Assembly: GCF_964355755.1 (NCBI RefSeq)
Contig: NC_092677.1
Coordinates: 21,563,175 to 21,627,174 of the forward strand
Length of the DNA stretch: 64,000 nucleotides
From: Antedon mediterranea
Taxonomy: Eukaryota; Animalia; Echinodermata
Direction: 5' to 3'
In this document: piece by piece, positions 1 to 13,900 of the stretch
How positions within the stretch are numbered: the stretch's first letter is position 1
Layout: each line of letters begins with the position of its first letter
Program-made: the position numbers and the translations under genes
The notes under the pieces: generated by a model
The model's database searches: none
Told to the model about the DNA's origin: nothing
The model's input: the letters and a program-made list of their open reading frames with translations, nothing else

Positions 1-3000
1 AAATGGTCTAAAACGGTTTCTAATGTGATTTTAAGCACTTTGATGTTTTTGTGTAACCAAGTTTCATCGAAATGCACAAAAGGATCTAAAACGTCTCCAA
101 ATGCGATTTGAAGCTATTCTTAGCTCTTTTGTGTTTTTATGTTAACAAGTTTTTTCGAAAACCACAAAATGGTCTAAAACGTCTCCAAATGCGATTTAAA
201 GCTATTCTGTACACTTTGATGTTTTGTGTGAAAAAGTTTTGTCGAAATGCTCAAAATGGTCTAAAACGTTTTTAAATACGATATTAAGCTCTTTTGTGCT
301 CTTTGATGTTTTTGTGTAACCAAGTTTCATCGAAATGAACAAAATGGTCTTAAACGTCTCCAAATGCGATTTGAAGATTTTCTAAGCACTTTGGTGTTTT
401 TATGTTAACAAGTTTTTTCGAAAATCACAAAATGGTCTAAAACGTCTCAAAATGCGATTTGAAGGTATTCTGAGCACTTTGGTGTTTTTATGTTAAGTTT
501 TTTTGAAAATCACAAAATGGTCTAGAACGTCTCCAAATGTGATTTGAAGCTATTTTGTAAACTTTGATGTTTTGTGTGAAAAAGTTTTTTCGAAATGCTC
601 AAAATGGTCTAAAACGGTTTCTAATGCGATTTGAAGCTATTCTGTACACTTTGAAGTTTTGTGTGAAAAAGTTTTCTCGAAACGTTCAAAATGGTCTAAA
701 ACGTTTTCCCATACCATATTAAGCCATTTTGTGCAATTTGATGTTTTTGTGTAACCAAGTTTCATCGAAATGAACAAAATGGTCTAAAACGTCTCCAAAT
801 GCGATTTGAAACTTTTCTAAGCACTTTGGTGTTTTTATGTTAACAAGTTTTTTCGAAAATCACAAAATGGTCTAAAACGTCTCCAAATGCGATTTGAAGG
901 TATTCTGAGCACTTTGGTGTTTTTATGTTAACAAGTTTTTTCGAAAATCACAAAATGGTCTAAAACGTCTCCAAATGCGATTTGAAGCTATTTTGTAAAC
1001 TTTGATGTTTTGTGTGAAAAAGTTTTTTCGAAATGCTCAAAATGGTCTAAAACGGTTTCTAATGCGATTTGAAGCTATTCTGTACACTTTGAAGTTTTGT
1101 GTGAAAAAGTTTTCTCGAAATGTTCAAAATGGTCTAAAACGTTTTCCCATACCATATTAAGCCATTTTGTGCAATTTGATGTTTTTGTGTCACCAAGTTT
1201 CATCGAAATGAACAAAATGGTCTAAAACGTCTCCAAATGCGATTTAAAGCTATTCTGTACACTTTGATGTTTTGTGTGAAAAAGTTTTGTCGAAATGCTC
1301 AAAATGGTCTAAAACGTTTTTAAATACGATATTAAGCTATTTTTTGCTCTTTGATGTTTTTGTGTGAACAGTTTTAACGAAATGCTCAAAATGTGATTTT
1401 AAGCACTTTGATGTTTTTGTGTAACCAAGTTTCATCGAAATGCACAAAATGGTCTAAAACGTCTCCAAATGCGATTTGAAGCTATTCTGTACACTTTGAT
1501 GTTTTGTGAGAAAAAGCTTTGTCGAAATGCTCAAAATGGTCTAAAACGTTTTTAAATACCATATTAAGCTATTTTGTGCACTTTGATGTTTTTGTGTGTA
1601 AAATTTTATCGAAATACTCAAAATGGTCTAAAACGTCTCCAAATGCGATTTGAAGATTTTCTAAGCACTTTGGTGTTTTTATGTTAACAAGTTTTTTCGA
1701 AAATCACAAAATGGTCTAAAACGTCTCAAAATGCGATTTGAAGGTATTCTGAGCACTTTGGTGTTTTTATGTTAACAAGTTTTTTCGAAAATCACAAAAT
1801 GGTCTAAAACGTCTCCAAATGCGATTTGAAGCTATTTTGTAAACTTTGATGTTTTGTGTGAAAAAGTTTTTTCGAAATGCTCAAAATGGTCTAAAACGTT
1901 TTTAAATACGATATTAAGCTATTTTGTGGACTTTGATGTTTTTGTCTGAAAAGTTTTAACGAAATGCTCAAAATGGTCTAAAACGGTTTCTAATGTGATT
2001 TTAAGCACTTTGATGTTTTTGTGTAACCAAGTTTCATCGAAATGCACAAAAGGGTCTAAAACGTCTCCAAATGCGATTTGAAGCTCTTTTGTGTTTTTAT
2101 GTTAAGAAGTTTTTTCGAAAACTACAAAATGGTCTAAAACGTCTCCAAATGCGATTTAAAGCTATTCTGTACACTTTGATGTTTTGTTTGAAAAAGTTTT
2201 GTCGAAATGCTCAAAATGGTCTAAAACGTTTTTAAATACGATATTAAGCTCTTTTGTGCTCTTTGATGTTTTTGTGTAACCAAGTTTAATCGAAATGAAC
2301 AAAATGGTCTAAAACGTCTCCAAATGCGATTTGAAGCTTTTCTAAGCACTTTGGTGTTTTTATGTTAACAAGTTTTTTCGAAAATCACAAAATGGTCTAA
2401 AACGTCTCAAAATACGATTTGAAGGTATTCTGAGCACTTTGGTGTTTTTATGTTAACAAGTTTTTTCGAAAATCACAAAATGGTCTAAAACTTCTCAAAA
2501 TGCGATTTGAAGGTATTCTGAGCACTTTGGTGTTTTTATGTTAACAATTTTTTTCGAAAATCACAAAATGGTCTAAAACGTCTCAAAATGCGATTTGAAG
2601 CTATTTTGTAAACTTTGATGTTTTGTGTGAAAAAGTTTTTTCGAAATGCTCAAAATGGTCTAAAACGTTTTTAAATACGATATGAAGCTATTTTGTGGAC
2701 TTTGATGTTTTTGTGTGAAAAGTTTTAACGAAATGCTCAAAATGGTCTAAAACGGTTTCTAATGTGATTTTAAGCAGTTTGATGTTTTTGTGTAACCAAG
2801 TTTCATCGAAATGCACAAAAGGGTCTAAAACGTCTCCAAATGCGATTTGAAGCTCTTTTGTCTTTTTATGTTAACAAGTTTTTTCGAAAACTACAAAATG
2901 GTCTAAAACGTCTCCAAATGCGATTTGAAGCTATTCTGTACACTTTGATGTTTTGTGAGAAAAAGTTTTGTCGAATTGCTCAAAATGGTCTAAAACGTTT

Positions 3001-3852
3001 TTAAATACGATATTAAGCTATTTTTTACTCTTTGATGTTTTTGTGTGAAAAGTTTTAACGAAATGGTCAAAATGTGATTTTAAGCACTTTGATGTTTTTG
3101 TGTAACCAAGTTTCATCTAAATGCACAAAATGGTCTAAAACGTCTCCAAATGCGATTTGAAGCTTTTCTAAGCACTTTGGTGTTTTTATGTTAACAAGTT
3201 CTTTCGAAAATCACAAAATGGTCTAAACCGTCTCAAAATGCGATGTGAAGGTATTCTGAGCACTTTGGTGTTTTTATGTTAACAAGTTTTTTCGAAAATC
3301 ACAAAATGGTCTAAAACGTCTCCAAATGCGATTTGAAGCTATTTTGTAAACTTTGATGTTTTGTGTGAAAAAGTTTTGTCGAAATGCTCAAAATGGTCTA
3401 AAACGTTTTTAAATACGATATTAAGCTATTTTTTGCTCTTTGATGTTTTTGTGTGAACAGTTTTAACGAAATGCTCAAAATGTGATTTTAAGCACTTTGA
3501 TGTTTTTGTGTAACCAAGTTTCATCGAAATGAACAAAATGGTCTTAAACGTCTCCAAATGCGATTTGAAGCTTTTCTAAGCACTTTGGTGTTTTTATGTT
3601 AACAAGTTTTTTTGAAAATCACAAAATGGTCTAGAACGTCTCCAAATGTGATTTGAAGCTATTTTGTAAACTTTGATGTTTTGTGTGAAAAAGTTTTTTC
3701 GAAATGCAAAAAATGGTCTAAAACGGTTTCTAATGTGATTTTAAGAACTTTGATGTTTTTGTGTAACCAAGTTTCATCGAAATGCACAAAAGGGTCTAAA
3801 ACGTCTACAAATGCGATTTGAAGCTATTCTTAGCTCTTTTGTGTTTTTATGT
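1..3852 (+). repeat. Satellite A, 87/88-bp tandem repeat (forward block; continues beyond window start)
   Basis: The motif AAAATGGTCTAAAACG (or a close variant) recurs with GGT at 171, 258, 346, 434 (period 87-88). Shorter deletion variants (about 78 bp) contain GTGATTTTAAGCACTTTG. Several monomer types recur (e.g. GTTAACAAG, GTAACCAAG, GTGAAAAAG). Confidence 0.97.
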
Positions 3853-5141
3853 CAAAAAGCACAAAAGATCTTAATATCGTATTTAAAAAAGTTTCAGACC
3901 ATTTTGAGCATTTCGACAAAACTTTTTCACACAAAACATCAAAGTGTACAGAATAGCTTTAAATCGCATTTTGAGACGTTTTAGACCATTTTGTGATTTT
4001 CGAAAAAACTTGTTAACATAAAAACACCAAAGTGCTCAGAATACCTTCAAATCGTATTTTGAGACGTTTTAGACAATTTTGTGATTTTCGAAAAAACTTG
4101 TTAACATAAAAACACCAAAGTGCTTAGAAAAGCTTCAAATCGCATTTGGAGACGTTTTAGACAATTTTGTTCATTTCGATGAAACTTGGTTACACAAAAA
4201 CATCAAAGAGCACAAAAGAGCTTCAAATCGCATTTGGAGACGTTTTAGACCCTTTTGTGCATTTCGATGAAACTTGGTTACACAAAAACATCAAAGTGGT
4301 TAAAATCCCATTAGAAACCGTTTTAGACCATTTTGAGCATTTCGTTAAAACTTTTCAAACAAAAACATCAAAGAGCAAAAAATAGCTTAATATCGTATTT
4401 AAAAACGTTTTAGACCATTTTGAGCATTTCGACAAAACTTTTTCACACAAAACATCAAAGTACACAGAATAGCTTTAAATCGCATTTGGAGACGTTTTAG
4501 ACCATTTTGTGATTTTCGTAAAAACTTGTTAACATAAAAACACCAAAGTGCTTAGAAAAGTTTCAAATCGCATTTGGAGACGTTTTAGACCATTTTGTTC
4601 ATTTCGATGAAACTTGGTTACACAAAAACATCAAATTGCACAAAATGGCTTAATATGGTATGGGAAAACGTTTTAGACCATTTTGAACATTTCGAGAAAA
4701 CTTTTTCACACAAAACTTCAAAGTGTACAGAATAGCTTCAAATCGCATTAGAAACCGTTTTAGACCATTTTGAGCATTTCGAAAAAACTTTTTCACACAA
4801 AACATCAAAGTTTACAAAATAGCTTCAAATCACATTTGGAGACGTTTTAGACCATTTTGTGATTTTCAAAAAAACTTGTTAACATAAAAACACCAAAGTG
4901 CTCAGAATACCTTCAAATCGCATTTTGAGACGTTTTAGACCATTTTGTGATTTTCGAAAAAACTTGTTAACATAAAAACACCAAAGTGCTTAGAAAAGGT
5001 TCAAATCGCATTTGGAGACGTTTTAGACCATTTTGTAATTTTCGAAAAAACTTGTTAACATAAAAACACCAAAGTGCTCAGAATACCTTCACATCGCATT
5101 TTGAGACGTTTTAGACCATTTTGTGATTTTCGAAAAAACTT
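3853..5141 (-). repeat. Satellite A, inverted block (about 1.29 kb)
   Basis: The motif now reads CGTTTTAGACCATTTT, the reverse complement of the forward motif. The diagnostic variant TATGGTATGGGAAAACG (about 4653) is the reverse complement of CGTTTTCCCATACCATA (about 702 and 1140). Confidence 0.96.
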
Positions 5142-6160
5142 CACTACCGGTTACACCACAAACCAGTAGATGCCTGAAGAGCTGATAACAGTCTATTTAT
5201 ATGCAATGAATGATCAATCAATGAAAAATAATGCCATGCAACTTTGTTTCTGATTGAAAAAAATGTTCACTTGTTTAGGCCTGACATTTACAACCCTCAA
5301 AATATCTCACTTTCAAAAACAATATTTATTTTCAAATAAAAAAAAATATCTTTACAGGTTGGAACACGCTACTGAGAGCACTCAAACCTGGGTATAACCC
5401 GTTACGCCACAAACCAGTAGATAACTGAAGCGCTGATAATAGTCTATTTATATGAAATTAATGATCAATCAATGAAAAATAATGCCATGCAACTTTGTTT
5501 CTGATTTTAAAAAGGTTCACTTGTTTAGGCCTGACATTTACAACCCTCAAAATATCTAACTTTCAAAAACAATATTATTTTCAATAAAAAAAAAAAAGAA
5601 ACAACATATCCGTAGAGGTTCGAACCCACTAGTGAGAGCACTCAAACTTGAGTATTACCCGCTACGCCACAAACCAGTAGATGACTGAACAGCTGATAAT
5701 ACTCTATTTATATGAAATAAATAATAAATCAATGAAAAATAATGCCATGCAACTTTGTTTCTGATTTTAAAAAAGGTTCATTTGTTTAGGCTTGACATTT
5801 ACAACCCTCAAAATATCTCACTTTAAAAAAAATATTTATTTTCAATTAAAAAAAAGAAAGAAAAGAAATACCCCTAGAGGCTCAAACCCACTACTGCGAG
5901 CCCTCAAACTTGAGCATTACCCGTTACGCCTCAAAGCAGTAGATGACTGAAGAGCTGATAATACTCTATTTATATGAAATGAATAATAAATCAATGAAAA
6001 ATAATACCATGCAACTTTGTTTCTGATTTTAAAAAAGGTTCACTTGTTTAGGCCTGACATTTACAACCCTCAAAATATCTCACTTTCAAAAACAATATTT
6101 ATTTTCAATTAAAAAAAAAAGAAAAGAAATATCCCTAGAGGTTCGAACCCAATACTGCGA

Positions 6161-9100
6161 GCACTCAAACTTGAGCATTACCCGTTACGCCTCAAACCAG
6201 TAGATGACTGAAGAGCTGATAATACTCTATTTATATGAAATGAATAATAAATAAATGAAAAATAATGCCATGCAACTTTATTTCTGATTTTAAAAAAGGT
6301 TCATTTGTTTAGGCCTGACATTTCCAACCCTCAAAATATCTCACTTTCAAAAAAAATATTTATTTTCAAATAAAAAAAAAATTAAAAAAAATATCCCTAG
6401 AAGTTCGAACCCACTATTGAAATCACTCAAACCTGAGAATTACCCGTTACGCCGCAAACCAGTATATGACTGAAGAGCTGATAATAGTCTATTTATATGA
6501 AATGGATGATCAACCAATGAAAAATAATGCCATGCAACTTCGTTTCTGATTTTATAAAAAGTTCACTTGTTTAGGCCTGACAGTTGCAACCCTCAAAATA
6601 TCTCACTTTCAAAAACAATATTTATTTTCAATTAAAAAAAAAAGAAAAAAAAATACCCGTATAGGTTGGAACCCACTACCGAGAGCACTCAAACCCGAGC
6701 ATTACCCGTTACCCTTCAAACCAGTAGATGACTGAAGAGCTGATAATACTCTATTTATGTGAAATGAATAATAAATCAATGAAAAATAATGCCATGCAAC
6801 TTTGTTTCTGATTTTAAAAAAGGTCCACTTGTTTAGGCCTGACATTTACAACCCTCAAAATATCTCACTTTCAAAAACAATATTTATTTTCAATTAAAAA
6901 AAAAAAAGAAAAAAAATATTCGTAGAGGTTGGAACCCACTACTGCGAGAACTCAAACCTGAGCACTACCGGTTACGCCACAAACCAGTAGATGACTGAAG
7001 AGCTGATAACAGTCTATTTATATGAAATGAATGATCAATCAATGAAAAATAATGCCATGCAACTTTGTTTCTGATTTTAAAAAAGATCCATTTGTTTAGG
7101 CCTGACATTCACAACCCTAAGAAATATCTCATTTTCAAAAAAAATATTTATTTTCAATAAGAAAAAAAAAAGCAATATCCGTACAGGTTGGAACCCGCTA
7201 CTGAGAGCATTCAAACTTGGGTATTACCCGTTACGCCACAAACCAGTAGATAACTGAAGAGCTGATAATAGTCTATTTATATGAAATGAATGATCAATCA
7301 ATGAAAAATAATGCCATGCAACTTTGTTTCTGATTGAAAAAAAATGTCCACTTGTTTAGGCCCGACATTTACAACCCTCAAAATATCTCACTTTCAAAAA
7401 AAATATTTATTTTCAATTAAAAAAAAAAGAAAAGAAATATCCCTAGAGGTTCGAACCCACTACTGCGAGCACTCAAACTTGAGCATTACCCGTTACGCCT
7501 CAAACCAGTAGATGACTGAAGAGCTGATAATACTCTATTTATATGAAATGAATAATAGACCAATGAAAAATAATGCCATGCAACTTTGTTTCTGATTTAA
7601 AAAAAGGTTCACTTGTTTAGGCCTGACATTTACAACCCTCAAAATATCTCACTTTCAAAAACAATATTTATTTACAATTTTAAAAAAAAAGAAAAAAAAT
7701 ATCCCTAGAGGTTCGACCCACTACTCAGAGCACTCAAACCTGAGCATTACCCGTTACGCCACAAACCAGTAGATGACTGAAGAGCTGATAATAGTCTATT
7801 TATATGAAATGAATGATCAATCAATGAAAAATAATGCCATGCAACTTTGTTTCTGATTTTAAAAAAGATCCATTTGTTTAGGCCTGACATTCACAACCCT
7901 AAGAAATATCTCATTTAAAAAAAAAATATTTATTTTCAATAAGAAAAAAAAAAGCAATATCCGTACAGGTTGGAACCCGCTACTGAGAGCACTCAAACCT
8001 GGGTATTACCCGTTACGCCACAAACCAGTAGTTAACTGAAGAGCTGATAATAGTCTATTTATATGAAATGAATGATCAATCAATGAAAAATAATGCCATG
8101 CAACTTTGTTTCTGATTTTAAAAAAGATCCATTTGTTTAGGCATTCACAACCCTAAAAAATATCTCATTTTCAAACAAAATATTTATTTTCAATAAGAAA
8201 AAAAAAGGCAATATCCGTAGAGGTTGGAACCCGCTACTGAGAGCACTCAAACCTGGGTTTGTAAATAAAAAAAATCAATAAAAAAAATATCCTTACAGGT
8301 TCGAACCCACTAGTGAGAGCACTCAAACCTGAGCATTACCCGTTACGCCACAAACCAGTAGAAGACTGAAGAGCTGATAATAGTCTATTTATATGAAATA
8401 AATAATAAATCAATGAAAAATAATGCCATGCAACTTTGTTTCTGATTTAAAAAAAGATCCATTTGTTAAGGCCTGACATTCACAACCCTAAAAAATATGT
8501 CATTTTCAAAAAAAATATTTATTTTCTATTAAAAAAAAAAATCCCTAGAGGTTCGAACCCACTTCTGAGAGCACTCAAACTTGAGCATTACCCGTTACGC
8601 CTCAAACCAGTAGATGACTGAAGAGCTGATAATACTCTATTTATATGAAATGAATAATAAATAAATGAAAAATAATGCCATGCAACTTTATTTCTGATTT
8701 TAAAAAAGGTTCATTTGTTTAGGCCTGACATTTCCAACCCTCAAAATATCTCACTTTCAAAAAAAATATTTATTTTCAAATAAAAAAAAAATTAAAAAAA
8801 ATATCCCTAGAAGTTCGAACCCACTATTGAAATCACTCAAACCTGAGAATTACCCGTTACGCCGCAAACCAGTATATGACTGAAGAGCTGATAATAGTCT
8901 ATTTATATGAAATGGATGATCAACCAATGAAAAATAATGCCATGCAACTTCGTTTCTGATTTTATAAAAAGTTCACTTGTTTAGGCCTGACAGTTGCAAC
9001 CCTCAAAATATCTCACTTTCAAAAACAATATTTATTTTCAATTAAAAAAAAAAGAAAAAAAAATACCCGTATAGGTTGGAACCCACTACCGAGAGCACTC

Positions 9101-10990
9101 AAACCTGAGCATTACCCGTTACGCTTCAAACCAGTAGATGACTGAAGAGCTGATAATACTCTATTTATGTGAAATGAATAATAAATCAATGAAAAATAAT
9201 GCCATGCAACTTTGTTTCTGATTTTAAAAAAGGTCCACTTGTTTAGGCCTGACATTTACAACCCTCAAAATATCTCACTTTCAAAAACAATATTTATTTT
9301 CAATTAAAAAAAAAAAAGAAAAAAAATATTCGTAGAGGTTGGAACCCACTACTGCGAGAACTCAAACCTGAGCACTACCGGTTACGCCACAAACCAGTAG
9401 ATGACTGAAGAGCTGATAACAGTCTATTTATATGAAATGAATGATCAATCAATGAAAAATAATGCCATGCAACTTTGTTTCTGATTTTAAAAAAGATCCA
9501 TTTGTTTAGGCCTGACATTCACAACCCTAAGAAATATCTCATTTTCAAAAAAAATATTTATTTTCAATAAGAAAAAAAAAAGCAATATCCGTACAGGTTG
9601 GAACCCGCTACTGAGAGCATTCAAACTTGGGTATTACCCGTTACGCCACAAACCAGTAGATAACTGAAGAGCTGATAATAGTCTATTTATATGAAATGAA
9701 TGATCAATCAATGAAAAATAATGCCATGCAACTTTGTTTCTGATTGAAAAAAAATGTCCACTTGTTTAGGCCCGACATTTACAACCCTCAAAATATCTCA
9801 CTTTCAAAAAAAATATTTATTTTCAATTAAAAAAAAAAGAAAAGAAATATCCCTAGAGGTTCGAACCCACTACTGCGAGCACTCAAACTTGAGCATTACC
9901 CGTTACGCCTCAAACCAGTAGATGACTGAAGAGCTGATAATACTCTATTTATATGAAATGAATAATAGACCAATGAAAAATAATGCCATGCAACTTTGTT
10001 TCTGATTTAAAAAAAGGTTCACTTGTTTAGGCCTGACATTTACAACCCTCAAAATATCTCACTTTCAAAAACAATATTTATTTACAATTTTAAAAAAAAA
10101 GAAAAAAAATATCCCTAGAGGTTCGACCCACTACTCAGAGCACTCAAACCTGAGCATTACCCGTTACGCCACAAACCAGTAGATGACTGAAGAGCTGATA
10201 ATAGTCTATTTATATGAAATGAATGATCAATCAATGAAAAATAATGCCATGCAACTTTGTTTCTGATTTTAAAAAAGATCCATTTGTTTAGGCCTGACAT
10301 TCACAACCCTAAGAAATATCTCATTTAAAAAAAAAATATTTATTTTCAATAAGAAAAAAAAAAGCAATATCCGTACAGGTTGGAACCCGCTACTGAGAGC
10401 ACTCAAACCTGGGTATTACCCGTTACGCCACAAACCAGTAGTTAACTGAAGAGCTGATAATAGTCTATTTATATGAAATGAATGATCAATCAATGAAAAA
10501 TAATGCCATGCAACTTTGTTTCTGATTTTAAAAAAGATCCATTTGTTTAGGCATTCACAACCCTAAAAAATATCTCATTTTCAAACAAAATATTTATTTT
10601 CAATAAGAAAAAAAAAGGCAATATCCGTAGAGGTTGGAACCCGCTACTGAGAGCACTCAAACCTGGGTTTGTAAATAAAAAAAATCAATAAAAAAAATAT
10701 CCTTACAGGTTCGAACCCACTAGTGAGAGCACTCAAACCTGAGCATTACCCGTTACGCCACAAACCAGTAGAAGACTGAAGAGCTGATAATAGTCTATTT
10801 ATATGAAATAAATAATAAATCAATGAAAAATAATGCCATGCAACTTTGTTTCTGATTTAAAAAAAGATCCATTTGTTAAGGCCTGACATTCACAACCCTA
10901 AAAAATATGTCATTTTCAAAAAAAATATTTATTTTCTATTAAAAAAAAAAATCCCTAGAGGTTCGAACCCACTTCTGAGAGCACTCAAAC
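6161..10990. repeat. Near-identical 2410-bp tandem duplication (about 9 monomers plus one partial unit, two copies)
   Basis: Sequence at 6181, 6241 and 8221 recurs at 8591, 8651 and 10631, including the rare junction CCTGGGTTTGTAAAT. At least two substitutions differ (about 6696 and 6713 versus 9106 and 9123). Confidence 0.92.
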
Positions 10991-13900
10991 CTGAGCATTA
11001 TCCGTTACGCCACAAACCAGTAGATAACTGAAGAGCTGATAATACTCTATTTATATGAAATGAATAATAAATCAATGAAAAATAATGCCATGCAACTTTG
11101 TTTCTGATTTTAAAAAAAGGTTCACTTGTTTAGGCCTGACATTTACAACCCTCAAAATATCTCACCTTCAAAAACAATATTTATTTTCAATTAAAAAAAA
11201 AAGAAAAAAAAATACCCGTATAGGTTCGAACCCACTGGTGAGAGCACTCAAACTTGAGCATTACCCGTTACGCCACAAACCAGTAGATGACTGAAGAGCT
11301 GATAATAGTCTATTTATATGAAATCAATGATCAATCAATGAAAAATAATGCCTTGCAACTTTGTTTCTGATTGAAAAAAATGTTCACTTGTTTAGGCCTG
11401 ACATTTACAACCCTCAAAATATCTCACTTTCAAAAACAATATTTATTTTCAAATAAAAAAAAAATATCCTTACAGGTTGGAACCCGCTACTGAGAGCACT
11501 CAAACCTGGGTATTACCCGTTACGCCATAAACCAGCAGATAACTGAAGAGCTGATAATACTCTATTTATATGAAATGAATAATAAATCAATGAAAAATAA
11601 TGCCATGCAACTTTGTTTCTGATTTTAAAAAAGGTTCACTTGTTTAGGCCTGACATTTACAACCCTAAAAATATCTCACTTTCAAAAACAATATTTATTT
11701 TAAATTAAAAAAAAAATAGAAACAAAATATCCGTAGAGGTTCGAACCCACTAGTGAAAGCACTCAAACTTGAGCATTACCCGTTACGCCACAAACCAGTA
11801 GATGACTGAAGAGCTGACAATAGTCTATTTATATGCAATGAATGATCAATCAATGAAAAATAATGCCATGCAACTTTGTTTCTGATTGAAAAAAATGTTC
11901 ACTTGTTTAGGCCTGACATTTACAACCCTCAAAATATCTCACTTTCAAAAACAATATTTATTTTCAAATAAAAAAAAATATCCTTACAGGTTGGAACACG
12001 CTACTGAGAGCACTCAAACCTGGGTATAACCCGTTACGCCACAAACCAGTAGATAACTGAAGCGCTGATAATAGTCTATTTATATGAAATTAATGATCAA
12101 TCAATGAAAAATAATGCCATGCAACTTTGTTTCTGATTTTTAAAAAGATCCGTTTCTTTAGGCCTGACATTGACAACCCTAAAAAATATCTCATTTAAAA
12201 GAAAAATATTTATTTTCAATAAGAAAAAAAAAGCAATATCCCTAGAGGTTGGAACCCGCTACTGAGAGCACTCAAACCTGGGTATTACTCGTTACGCCAC
12301 AAACCAGTAGATAACTGAAGAGCTGATAATAGTCTATTTATATGAAATTAATGATCAATCAATGAAAAATAATGTCATGCAACTTTGTTTCTGATTTTAA
12401 AAAAGGTCCACTTGTTTAGGCCTGACATTTACAACCCTCAAAATATCTCACTTTCAAAAACAATATTTTTTTCAATAAAAAAAAAAGAAAAAAAATATTC
12501 GTAGAGCTTCGAACCCACTACTGCGAGAACTCAAACCTGAGCATTACCCGTTACGCCTCAACCCAGTAGATGACTGAAGAGCTGATAATACTCTATTTAT
12601 ATGAAATGAATGATCAATCAATGAAAAATAATGCCATGCAACTTTGTTTCTGATTTTTAAAAAGATCCGTTACTTTAGGCCTGACATTGACAACCCTAAA
12701 AAATATCTCATTTAAAAGAAAAATATTTATTTTCAATAAGAAAAAAAAAGCAATATCCCTAGAGGTTGGAACCCGCTACTGAGAGCACTCAAACCTGGGT
12801 ATTACCCGTTACGCCACAAACCAGTAGATAACTGAAGAGCTGATAATAGTCTATTTATATGAAATTAATGATCAATCAATGAAAAATAATGCCATGCAAC
12901 TTTGTTTCTGATTTTAAAAAAGGTCCACTTGTTTAGGCCTGACATTTACAACCCTCAAAATATCTCACTTTCAAAAACAATATTTTTTTCAATAAAAAAA
13001 AAAAGAAAAAAAATATTCGTAGAGGTTCGAACCCACTACTGCGAGAACTCAAACCTGAGCATTACCCGTTACGCCTCAAACCAGTAGATGACTGAAGAGC
13101 TGATAATACTCTATTTATATGAAATGAATGATAAATAAATGAAAAATAATGCCATGCAACTTTGTTTCTGATTTTAAAAAAGGTTCACTTGTTTAGGCCT
13201 GACATTTACATCCCTCAAAATATCTCACTTTCAAAAACAATATTTATTTTCAATTTAAAAAAAAAAAAATCCCTAGAGGTACGAACCCACTACTGAGAGA
13301 ACTCAAACCTGAGCATTACCGGTTACGCCACAAACCAGTAGGTGAGTGAAGAGCTGATAATAGTCTATTTTTATGAAATGAATGATCCATCAATGTAAAA
13401 TGATGTTATGCAACTTTGTTTCTGATTTAAAAAAAGGTCCACTTGGTTAGGCTTGACATTTAAAACCATAAAAATATCTCACTTTAAAAAACAATATTTA
13501 TTTTCAAATAAAAAAAAAAAGAAAAAAAATATCCCTAGAAGTCGAACCCACTATTGAAATCACTCAAACCTGAGCATTACCCGTTACGATGCAAACCAGT
13601 ATATGACTGAAGAGCTGATAATAGTCTATTTATATGAAATGGATGATCAATCAATGAAAAATAATGCCATGCAACAATAGTCTATATATATAAAATGAAT
13701 GATCAATCAATGAAAAATAATGCCATGCAACTTTGTTTCTGATTTTAAAAAAGGTCCACTTGTTTAGGCCTGACATTTACAACCCTCAAAATATCTCACT
13801 TCCAAAAACCATATTTATTTTCAATTTAAAAAAAACAGAAAAAAATTATCCCTAGAGGTACAACCCACTACTCAGAGCACTCAAACCTGAGCATTACCCG

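Noticed and set aside
400-440. CENP-B box in satellite A (TTCG motifs)
   Set aside because: TTCG is not followed by the required A..CGGG of the NTTCGNNNNANNCGGGN core.
4167-4385. 72-aa ORF in inverted satellite A
   Set aside because: Chance open frame across tandem monomers with a TTG start.
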